Shown one piece after another: positions 45,455-57,625 of a stretch of 64,000 nt of DNA (positions within the stretch are counted from its first letter, which is position 1; each line of letters opens with the position of its first letter). The notes under the pieces are model-generated. The model saw nothing but the letters and a program-made list of their open reading frames with translations, was not told where the DNA came from and did no database searches. A program made the position numbers and the translations under genes. The stretch is from the human T2T-CHM13v2.0 reference genome, Homo sapiens, in assembly GCF_009914755.1 (NCBI RefSeq), contig NC_060929.1; one strand, given 5' to 3'.

Positions 45455-45920
45455 ATTATCTAGGGTTAGGTTCAGCCACATTTAACAACTACAAAAACAA
45501 CAACAATAAGTGGCTTAAACAAGGTAGAGGTTTCTTTATGATGTAAAACAAATCTAGAGGTAGGTAGTCCAAGGCTGATATGGAGGCACCAAGGTCCTGC
45601 GGGACCCCGTTTTTTCTGTTCCATCATCCTTAGCTCTGGTTTCCATCATCAAGGTGGTGTCATGAACCAAAGGACTATTGGAGCTACATCCACCTCAGTC
45701 ATGTTCCACATAGGAAAAGGAAAGAAACGGGGAAGCAACGCAAAAGATATACCTGTTAGCGGAGTCCCTTTAAGGAAGTTAGACCAGTGACCTTTGCTGT
45801 GCCCCTACAGCCACAGGAAGAGGGGGCAGATGTAGTACTTTAGCTGGGCAAATTGTTGATCAGAATAAATTGCAAGTTCTGTAAGCAAGAAAAGAAAATA
45901 TTGAGTAGGCAACTAACAGT
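45455..45920 (-). mobile_element. Old ERVL-class LTR (LTR33-like)
   Basis: Phrases ggttaggttcagc...tggcttaaacaag...gaggtaggtagtccaaggctg...atgtagtactttagctggg...gtaggcaact. Confidence 0.5.
45753..45878 (-). other. ATP10B: Probable ATP10B 5'UTR exon (126 nt) inside an old LTR
   Basis: Strong acceptor tattttcttttcttgcttacag|AACTT and donor AACAG|gtatat; size and spacing fit the recalled ATP10B exon layout. Confidence 0.62.
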
Positions 45921-46586
45921 TCAGTTATAAATGCTATTTATATAAGGTTTAAAACAATGCTACATATTCTTTATGTGAAACTATATTGTTTTGAATTTTA
46001 CATATACTTATGATAGTAGAAAAACATGTGTGGAAATAATACCAAGTTTAGGACAACAGTAATGCTTGGAGAAGGAGAGGAATTGGAGGAGAATACACAA
46101 TAAACTTCAACTATATCTCTAAATTTTTTCAAAGAAAATCTAAAACAAAAATGATATAATGTTCAAATTTGATTAGTTGGATAGAGGGCAAAGCCTGGTG
46201 TGTCTTTGGGGAGCGTATGTATATCTCCAATTCTCTTCTTCTGTTGTTCAGTTCTCTTTTTCTGTCTCAATTTTCTCTCTTCCTGTAGAAAAAGGTCTGA
46301 ATCCCTGAGAACTGCCTTCCCTGCTAAAAGTTCAAGCCCTCAGTGAACTTGGGACAGTTTGTTCCAAAGTGAAGCAGTTTTGGAGAGCACCTGCTTTAAC
46401 GGTGATATATTGGTTGAGAGCTTATCAAATATCACACACTAAGCTAAGCCTTTCACCAATATGAATTTATTTAATCCTCACAAGATCCCTGGCGCTAAAA
46501 CTATTGTTATTCCCATATTACAGAAGAGGAAACTAGGGCTCAGTAAAGTTAAATATCCTCCCTAAAACCCTACAATTCATGGGAGC

Positions 46587-47243
46587 ATGTTTCAGGTTGG
46601 AATCCATACTTGTCTGACTTCAGAACTGGGGCCCAAATCTGCCATGCTGTACTGAGACACTTAATGAGCTTTATTAAAGTCCAGTCACACACCCTGCTCC
46701 ATCTCCTAGTAGACTTCTAGGAAGGGCTCTCTGGTATGTACCCAAAACTAGTCACAAGGGATAAGGCGGGGTGCTGAATCTGGAATGAAAACATAGGTTG
46801 GATTTACCCTGTACTTGGTGGGATCTCAGTTGGGGGGCCACAGAGGGCCAGCCAGGCTGAGATCAAGGAGAAAGCAAGCAAGGGGCTAATTGCTCAGAGA
46901 GAGGATTTGGTCTAGAAACTAAAGAAATAGGAGGGCTGCTTAAGCATTTTGTTATTCATGGTCTTGCCTCTGCAGGGCAGAAAGCAGCAATGTACTTGAG
47001 GTAGAAACTTTGGCCAGGAATTGGATGCGTACACTGACGTCCCTAGTGCCATTTCTTTCCCAAATCTAAACTAGGTGACTAGTTTTGGGTACATACCAGA
47101 AAGCCCTTCCTAGAAGTCTACTAGGAGATGAAGCAGGGTGTGTGACTGGATTTTAATAAAGCTCATTAAATGTCTCAGTACAGCATGGCAGATTTGGGCC
47201 CCAGTTCTGAAGTCAGACAAGTATGGATTCCAACCTGGAACAT
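46587..47243. repeat. Inverted repeat: 169-bp arms (46587-46755 and 47075-47243) with a 319-bp spacer
   Basis: Manual reverse-complement alignment: 5 mismatches, no gaps. Confidence 0.95.
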
Positions 47244-47263
47244 TAATCACTCTGCATTCTCCT

Positions 47264-47718
47264 TGTCTTAGTCCATTTTGTGTTGCTCTAACAATACCAT
47301 GGTCTCAGAATATCAGAGACTGGGTAATTTATAAAGAAAAGAAGTTTATTTAGCTTATAGTTTTATAGACTGTGAAGTTCAAGGGCATAGCTCTGCTTTT
47401 TGGTGAGAGCTTTTGTGCTGCATGCTAACATGGTGAAGAAGACATAGGGAAAGGGTACACACACAAAGAGACAAAACCCCAGGGGTGTCCTGGCTTTATA
47501 AGAACCCACTCTCATGGGAACTAATCCATTTTTGTGAGAACTAATCCAGTATCATCATAGCAAGAACTCACTCACTACCTTGGGAATGGCACCAAGCCAC
47601 CCAAGAGGGATCCGACCCCATGGCCCAAACACCTTTCATCAGACCCCACCTCCCATACTGCTACACTGGGGATCAAATTTCAACATGAGTTTTGGTAGGG
47701 ACAAACCAAACCCTAGTA
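47264..47718 (-). mobile_element. MST-type (ERVL-MaLR) solo LTR
   Basis: tgtcttagtccattttgtgttgct...gactgggtaatttataaagaaaag...tttcaacatgagttttgg. Confidence 0.8.
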
Positions 47719-47913
47719 ACCCTCTAGAGTGCTCCTCGTGAACAGGGACTACGTCTGGTTCAAGATCCGCCACTGTCCCGGCACATAGCACAAACTTGGA
47801 TGTTGAATAAACAGATGAATAAACAAAGGAATAAGTAAACTCAACAGGATTGAAGTTCGTCAGAGTTCTTTGGACTGGGACGGAACAATTAGCCAATAAA
47901 TAAAAAAACTGTA

Positions 47914-48288
<375 letters not shown>

Positions 48289-51200
48289 GTAGTTCCTGGA
48301 GGGCAAAGGCCAATGCATGATTTGTGTTTGTATGCCTTGCCTTGCCTAGCACTGTGTCCATAGTAGTGCTTGCTGAATGGTTGCTGAGTTGAATGGAAAT
48401 GAGTTATTAAATAAAAACAGAGATTTATAACAATGGACTGGAATGGCATAGGACATTCAAGAGATCCGTATGTAAAGAGCCAGTGACTTGTTTGAACATA
48501 ATCTCAAAACTCTACTATAAATATTATTGTCCTCATTAGGAAAAGTAAAATAATATGGCCATTATTTCGTCCATTCTATGTGCCAGGTGCTGTTGAGTAG
48601 ATTATCTCTAATACTTACCATCACTTTGCAAGGGAAGTGTGATTATTACCATTTTCCAATGAAGAAACTCAGTCCCAGAAGGTTAAGCAGCTTCCTGAAG
48701 CTCAGATTATAAAAGACCCAGGCAGGATTTATATGCAGGTCTCTCAGGCCTATGATTCTGCCATCCCAAGAAAAACTAACAGAGCTATTATGGTGGTTAG
48801 ACTTTTTCCTTTCACAAATGGAATTGCAGCATCAACAAATGGCAGGAAAGAAGTTGCATTTCTTCCTTCAGTAAAGATTCTGAAATGTCCTGTAACTCCT
48901 CCCAAGGCATTGGTGATTTTATGGCTACTCTGAATTTACTTGAATTGCAACTGCTAACCTAATTGTTTTCTGCTGGCAAATGTAGTGAATGTAATATAAG
49001 CCCTTATTTCCCCTTGGTGTGATGTTATGAATTGGTATTATGCTTATGGCAACTCTTTGTATACCGTAAAAATACCAACACTAATCATGAAAATAAATGA
49101 AGGGGAAAATAACCTCCAAAATATGTGCTTTTGCAACATTTATTAGAAAGCAAAAATGAAACACTGAATGTAAAGGCTATAATTTATTTTCTTTCTTTTT
49201 AAAGAGGCTTTAAAAACTAAGTGCGATGGAGTTTAAAATGAAAACACTGGCTTTCTTTCCTGGGAAATATGTCTCTTAACAAGCTTCTTAAACACTTTTC
49301 TTTGCTCCAGGGTCCTCTGGACTGAATTAAAATTAAAGTCAGCTCTCTTACAACTTTTCTTATGAGTCAGTATGCCTGAAAGCTTCTTCAATCAGGCGTT
49401 GGCCAAGAAATCTTGATCCTTGTTGTGTGATATAAAATATTCTTTGCGATGACTAGCTTCTTATTTCAACAATTTCAGCACAGTTTTCTGGAAGATTCTT
49501 CTTTTTCTTCTTTTCTGCATTTGCAGCTTTTCCTTGAGTTTATAGCCCTCTCTTCCTGATAAGCTCAAACCATCCTTTCCTCATGTTGAAAATTCCTTCC
49601 TGGATGTTTTACCACATGGGTTCTTAGTTTTTGAAAGAGAAATGTTGCCTTGGTCAGCACTGTAGCTTTGGTAGAGAAGCATATAATTTGCATGCTGCTT
49701 ACAAAGGTTTGCAATAAAAAATTATTCCCTCCCACAACTAAGCCGATTGCTTTTTCTTACTATTGTTGATTACACTGGACTGATTTCAATTCCCTCAGTG
49801 AATAATTGGCATAAGAGTTGGTTGCAGTAAGTAAGCCTGTTGTAAATACAAGTTGGTGTTGTCATGAAGTATGTGCATATGTGTGTGTGTGTGTGTAAAT
49901 ATTTATAATAAAAAGCAGTTTAAACATGGAAAGTTGCCATCTGGGCCTTCATAGGTTGGAGACTGTGCACACATCTTGCTTTTTTTGAATCACAGAACAG
50001 GATGTCAGAACACCTCGGGGTTCATGGACCATGGTGCTCTGTCCGTATGGACTGTTAATACATCCTGAACAATGAATATCCGTGGGAAATCATGATGATG
50101 CTCACTTGATTTACAATATTGATTTTTATCAAAAAGAAAATAAGGTTTTGAGGTACAAAATAGATTCTGCTAGATATCTAGTACTGCCACATCAGGGCTA
50201 ATGCTCTCACTTTTGCCTCATTTAGGCCCCAGGCCATTGTCACAAGTGTCACTGCATAAAGGAAGAAGTGTGACATAAAGAGTTCTGAACAGGCTGCTGC
50301 AGTGCCCCTCAAGATTTCCAGTGAAGCTTCTGAAAATTAAACTTTTAAATCTCTGTCATTTAGGCCAGTCATCATTATCTTTAAAGTTTCGGATGACTGG
50401 GAGACTGATGAGAGGAAAATGTGAGAGGCAGGTGGAAAAGGCTAAGAGGATGGGGCTACTGTGCTGGTCAGCTAAGATGGGCCACATTCAAGCTGATGAG
50501 TGGGTTCCTAGGCCAGTCTTACAAAGAAAACATGAAGAAGAGCTAAAAGACAGGACAGATGGCTAAAAAGACTTCTTTTGACTTTATATTCCCCGATTAC
50601 TATCCACACAGGGCTGACTGCTCTCTTGGCTCTTAGATTCTATGAGATGCTCCTGATTCCTTTCAATATGCCCTCCCTTAATAAGACAAAATTAAGAAAC
50701 AACTCCAAAGCTGGTCCTGTCTTGGAGCCATTATAGCATTTTGCAAACAACTGGATCCAGACTACCTGGATGCAAATACTAGCTCTGCTTCTTTCTAGCT
50801 GTGAGTCTCAACCTCTCAGGATCTCAATTACCTTCTTTGTGTGGGGATAATAATAATATATACCTCTTGGGCTGTGAGGATTCCATGAAATAATATTTTT
50901 AAAACATTAGAACGAGTGCTTCGTAGGAAGTATTTGTCATAAGTGGCTGTTAACTAAACATATCCAAGCAAACAAACACATTTCAGATAGCCCACGGGTT
51001 CTTATGAGTCTATTAATCTGGGTTAAACATCTCATAATTTGGATTAAAATTTGTGTTTATACTCAGAATGGGATATTATTTCTTTGAAGATTACATTCCC
51101 TGGAATATCATCTATACAAAGACTAAGAACCACAAATTAAAGACGAAATAATGAATATAACTCATTTCCCCTTCTCCCATCTAAAATCAGGGGAAATTAT

Positions 51201-52667
51201 TATTGAGGCTTCACTTTGTACTCATTCGTACTGTCATGTGTTCTGCCTATATTCTTCCCACTGGGTTGTTTTAGCACCACGTGAACAGATCATCCATTCC
51301 CTTATGGACTTGGTTGCTACCTTAGCTGCTCCCAAGAATTTGAAATATTCATTCCAGACCAAACAGCCTTTCTGCTGGCAGCAAGCATGTCAAAACACAG
51401 GGAAAAAGATTCAGGGATTAAAAAAAAAATAAGGCACAGAAAACAGGACTTGCCATACCAAATGGAGCAAATCTGATTTACAAATGATCTCTAACCTCTG
51501 AGATCAGCCCAAATAAAGAAGCATCTGCCATCACTGGGAACATCCAACACTCTTCACCCTGACAAGGGGCCTCCAAAGACTCGATTCCATTTCAATCTAA
51601 TTGGGTCCTTGCCCTCTCCTGCTTCCCTCCAGCCATGCACAGCAAGCCAAACCATCCTGGGATGGAAAGCCAGCCCAGAGATGAGCGACACCTTGACAGT
51701 GGAAGCAGAGAGTGGAGGCAGGGCAGCAGCTCTGCTAATTACAGAACAACCAGGTGCATTGATTTCAGCTTCATACAGAGCATACTGAGATTACTGTCCA
51801 TGGAATCTCAGACCTTTCACTGATGGCTGTGTTTAGATAGAATTTTCCTTTCGCCAAGGCATAGCATACACAGAAATCTTCCTGCATGAACCATCTAACC
51901 TATCTGTGGTTCATCTTAATGGCAGTGACCACATTTTCTAAGTCACAAATGGACAAGTATGTGTGTGTGAGATGAACAGTGCCTATGTCAAGAGAGATGT
52001 CCTGGAAAATCTGGGCTGACTATTTTACCTTTTCATACTTCTATGCATTAAATATTCATCGAGCATATACTAAGGTTGAAATGCTGTTGCAGAAGCTGGT
52101 GATATGGCATGAACTTGACAGGTGAGACCATTGCCTTCATGAAGCTTACATTTTGGTGGAGGAGATATATAAAGAAAAAATAAACAAGATCATATCAGAC
52201 TGTGTTTAGCTCTCTGAAGGAATACACAGGGAGAAGAGGAGGAGGATGTAACAGTAGCTAACTGTTATGCACCAGACACAATTCTAAGCATTTTGCTTGT
52301 ATTAACTCATTTATCTGTCATAATCACCATATCATTTTGGTTATTTTCCCCCACTTGGCAGATGAGAAAATTGAGGCAGAGAGAGTAAGCATAATTTGTC
52401 CCCAAATGGCCATGGCAACTTCATCCTTTCAGTTGTTGGTCAAAATTTTTTGTGTCATTCTTATTTCTCTCTCTCCCCTTCATTCTCTCTCGCTCTCTTT
52501 TCCTGTATCTAGCCATATAAAATTAATCAAGAAATACCATGTTATTTACACTAATGTATAACAGTCTATTTCTTGTTGCCTCCACTAATACTACCCTGAT
52601 CCAGGTCACCACTATATCTCCTACCTGATTGCACTTTTATTTTGCCTCCTGAGTCTGTTCTTAAAAA

Positions 52668-53078
52668 AGCACACGTATGTTCACTGTAGCATGAGTCGCA
52701 ATAGAAAAGACATGGAATCAACTTAAATGCCCATCAATGATAGACTGGATAAAGAAAATATGGTACATATACACCATGGAATACTGTGCAGCCACAAAAA
52801 AGAATAATATTATGTCCTTTGCGGGGACATGGATGGAGCCATTATCCTTGGCAAAGTAATACAGGAACAGAAAACCAAATCACTGCATGTTCTCATTTGT
52901 AAGTGGGAACTAAATGATGAGAACACAAGGGTACAGAGAGGGGAAGAACATACACTGGGGCCTATCGGAGGGTGGAGGATGGGAGGAGGGAGAGGATCAG
53001 GAAAAATAATGGGTATTAGGCTTAGTACATGGGTAATGAAATAATCTGTACCATGAACCCCCATGACACAAGTTTACC
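52668..53078 (+). mobile_element. Truncated L1PA/L1PB 3' end
   Basis: ccatcaatgatagactggataaagaaaat...gaacccccatgacacaagtttacct. Confidence 0.8.
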
Positions 53079-53094
53079 TGAGAAGCTATAATTC

Positions 53095-53266
53095 CTTTTT
53101 TTTTTTTTTTTTTTTTTTAGAGACAGAGTCTTACTCTGTCACCCAGGCTGAAACGCAGTGATGTAATCATAGCTCACTGTAACTTTGAACTACAGGCCTC
53201 AAGTGATCATCCCACCTCAGTCCCCCAAAGTGCTGGAATTACAGGAAGGGGCCAGTGTACCTGGCC
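53095..53266 (-). mobile_element. Partial or internally deleted Alu (J-like)
   Basis: Poly-T plus Alu fragments. Confidence 0.75.
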
Positions 53267-54269
53267 ACATCCTTAAAAATATGTCAAGTTATTTCTCAAC
53301 TGCACTCAAAACTCTCCATTGGCTTCCTATATGTTTGGAGTAAAAGTAAAGTACCATAACTATAATTCTAACTATAATTCCTTTGTATTTGTATCCCTTA
53401 GTTACTCTGCAGTTAATACTGACAGCCCTATACATTCTGGCCCCTCCTGTCTTCTCTGATCCTCTTTCTAAGTTCCCCTTCTCTCTTGTTCAGTCTGCTC
53501 CAGCTATAATGGCCTCCCAGTTGTTGTTAGGGCACACAGGTCATGTGCCCCCTCAAAGACTTCAAACCTGTGATTACCTCTGTCTTGATACCTGCAAACC
53601 TCCCTTGAGCACCTCCTCTGTTTCTTGCTCTTTTTAATGAGAACTTCCTTGACCATCCTATTTAAAACTGTAAGTTCCCTCCACTCTGGGAGCCTTTGTC
53701 CTCCTTCCTTGCATTTTTTTATTCAAAGCATTTATCATCTGATGTAATATATACATTTACATTTTTTGTTTGCTTATTGCCATTGCTTTCCACTACTAGC
53801 ATGTAAACTATATGAAAACAGGGACTTTTGTCTGTTTTGTTCATTGCTTTTTCCAGAAAGCCTAGAATAGTTCCTTGTATGTAGGAAACACTAAATAAAT
53901 ATCTGTTGAATTAATGAATTACGGAAGAAGACCTATTCCTCTGACTTAATAAAAAAGTTTAAGATTAAAAAAGATAATGATGTCTGATTTAGGAAAGAAA
54001 CAGGAGAAAGAATGACTGCAAAATAGATGAAGAAAGGAGGATATACTTACAGGGGAAGAACAGTTTGAAGAGATGGCAGTCATAAAAATAACCTGAACAT
54101 ACGGAAAGCAAAATCTTTGGTTGAGTTCACTCAAGTTCTGTCTTCACTGATTACCCTGCTTTACTCACTAAGAATGTCTGTGACTTGGGGAAAACTACCT
54201 TCTTCACTCTAGTTCTTGCAGTAAAATAAGGGCAGTGCATGAATGTTTCATCGTCTTACCCAGATCTAA

Positions 54270-54588
<319 letters not shown>

Positions 54589-55588
54589 TACTATGGGATT
54601 CTTAGGTAGAAGATGCACTAGCCTGTTGCCATTGATTATTCTGAATGCTACATTGGTGGGAAGAAATGGAGTGAAGGAAATGGCAAAATCTGTGACTCAG
54701 ATTTTTTAATAATCTGGAAACCGAGGCCCTGAACCAAAATTTTTTTGTTTTTTTCTTTTTGATTATAGTTCTGTAGAGAGAAGGACATGTAGTCAGGGAG
54801 TAGTATGGGAGTTGGAGAAGGCATTTTTGGAGAGAATAAACATGGAAGGCTAATCTCAATCATGGAATGAGAGTCTGGGGAAGGTGTGCCTTTTCCCAAA
54901 CCACAGAACAATTCTAGGAAGCATCAGGAAAGCCACTGAGAGACGCGCGAGCCTAACTCAGGGTGGTGCAAGTTCCATGGCCTCACTAAGACGTTGCTTC
55001 ATAACATGGTCAATGTCACTCTGGGGTGCTTTAGACCTTTTCTCTGCATGGTGAGTTTATTGTTTGCTCACACCAGGGATAAGTGCGGGGTTTTTCTTAG
55101 GAAAGTTGCCTGGCATGCAAGCCCAGCCATGTAGGCCCAGAAGAGAAGCACAGACAAGACTATTGTATAACCAAGGTGAAACAGGCCCAGGCATCAGCAA
55201 CAGCCTGAGTATTTTTGGAAAACACATTTTCATCTTCAATTTACACCAGACTTGGAGTGGAGCTAAGTCATTACAAAGTGTGAGTCCTGTTCATCCCAGC
55301 CCTAGACAGCTAGCTTTGTTAAACAGATGCCATCAGGTGCTGTCTCTGGGAGGCAGGATATCCCAAGACTGCTGCAAGAATCTGGTTCCCTTAAATTTGG
55401 CATTTCCTTATTCACAGCACACTGAAGTGACATCTTCCTGTCCTGAGAGAAGATAGAGAGTTGAAAAGGGAAACAGAGAGAGCAAGGGGGTGGGGGAAGA
55501 AGGGGAGGAGGAAGGAGTAGGGGGGGAGGAGGAGGAGGAGAGATGAAGAAGAGAAGGCTGCAAGTGTGAGCTCTCATTTATTGGGTAC

Positions 55589-56026
55589 TATGAAAGGAAA
55601 ATATCTTGGGCCCTTTCAAGCTGGAAACTGCTCAGGGCAAATCTGCCTCCCATTCTAACAAACTCATCCCTCTGCTCACAGAGATAGATCCATATTCTGA
55701 TTGCCTCCTTTGGAAAGACTTATCAGAAACTCAAAAGAGTGCAACCATTTGTCTCTCACCTACCTGTGACCTGGAAGCCCCCGGGGGTGGGGTGGGGGAC
55801 TTGCTTTGAATTGTCCTCACCTTTCTGGAAGGAACTAAGGTACTTCTTACATATATTGATTGATGTCTCAGCTCTCCCAAAAATGTATAAAACCAAGCTG
55901 TGCCCTGACCACCTTGGGCACATGTCATCAGGACTTTCTGAGGCTGTGTCACGGATGGGTCCTCAACCTTGGCAAAATAAACTTTCCAGATTAACTGAGA
56001 CCTGTCTTAGATTTTCTGAGTTTACG
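55589..56026 (+). mobile_element. Solo ERV1 LTR (MER4A-like)
   Basis: tgaaaggaaaatatcttggg...gaccaccttgggcacatgtcatcaggac...aataaa; 4-bp TSD gtac. Confidence 0.8.
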
Positions 56027-56297
56027 GTACCTGCTACATATTAGTATTATATTGGACATTATACACTGAAAGCATGAACGCCGATCCCTACAAACACCAC
56101 AAGGGATAGGCACCTCTATCATCATTTTCCACAGGAGAAAACTGAGGCTTACAGGCATAAGTGAATGGCTGAGGCCACACAGGTATAAGTGGTACAGCCT
56201 ACACAGGCCTGCCTGATTCCAAAGCACACGCATTTCCCGGTATGCTTTGTGAAAACAAAGGTAAAGAAGGTCAGGAAGAATATAGATGCAGGGTTCA

Positions 56298-57625
56298 GTG
56301 TGGTAAAGAAGTTAACCTTGCCTAAGGGAGGTCTGGCCTTTGTCCCTGGCTTCCGGTCATCTCTAAGCCCTTGGAATGTTATTCCTGAGGGTGTTTTCAT
56401 TTTTATTTGCCTGGTGTGTTGGGTCCTGCCAAATAGTTTAACAATGTTTTTTTAGGGTGGGAACTTTGGGTCCCACGGTATCAGCTCAACTTCCAGGGGT
56501 GTTGGAGACTGAAATCAGCTATGTGGTCATACAACCCATAAAGGAAAATTAAAAAAAATCTCAGGATCCCAAAGTCCTTATGCCAAAGGGAAGGTTAAAC
56601 CTACAGCCTGAGTCATGCAACACCCTCTTCCAAATGAGTAGCTGTTACTAGCATTATGCATTAGCCAGACCACCAGGAAAGGTAAAAGGCCTCAGGCATC
56701 TCCAAGTGTGACTGCCTCCACAGATCATTCATAGGTAAATTATTTTTTGGCCTCTTGTGAACAAGGACATACCAATTGTAACTTTAGGTCTACAATCTAA
56801 GTCTTGCTCCTAAAACTAATATCTGTTTGGTTTCACACTGATAATGTCATTACAAGCTTATCTTCCCAGGTGTAGAAGAAAGACAAGAGATCAGTCAGCT
56901 CTCTACCTACCCAGAGAAGTCTATGTAATTGATTCTTCCTTTACTTTTTTTTTTCTTTTCAAACATTCACCTTATCTTATGTAAAATGTAGATTTACTGG
57001 GCACTAACTAAAGTCTCACAAGAATGTAACCATTCACCTTACTGCCTACCGTCTCTTCTTCTTGGATGCCTGCCCCTCTTTAAGGAAATGTGTAAATACT
57101 AAACTGCCTGAAAACCTATTTGGAAAAATAGCCACAGACATGTGTGTGGCTTGAGTTTTTCCCCGATACACCCTGAAGCTGGCTTAACAAACCTCTATTG
57201 ATTGAGATCTTTGCTTTAGTCACTTATTTCAATTATCTAACTATACGTATGTGATAGAGCCCCAATACAAACTCTGGATACCATGGCTCAAGGGAGCTTC
57301 TCCGGGTGGCAACACTGTGTATGTTGTCTCACACTGATGCCAGGGAAATAACACACCCATGGCTCCATGGGAAGAGGAAAGTGGGAACTCTGCATTTGGG
57401 CCTTCCCTGGCTCCTGCCTAATGTGTCTCTTCTCTTGGCTGATTTTAATTGGTGCCCTTTCCATGTAATAAGACCTAACCATGAGAATAACAGCTTTCAG
57501 TGAGTTCTGTGAGTCCTGATAGTGAATTTTTCACACCTTTGGTCTTGGGGAACCCCAAGACATGCAATTGTTGTCAGACCGTAGGGTGGTCTTATGGACT
57601 GGGCTCCCTCTAATTTCACTGTTTC
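56298..57625 (+). mobile_element. MER21-like LTR with a nested MER4-family LTR (about 56538-57240)
   Basis: tgtggtaaagaagttaacc start; nested aaatctcaggatccc...atgccaaagggaaggttaa; MER21-like sequence resumes at gtgatagagccccaata. Confidence 0.65.
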
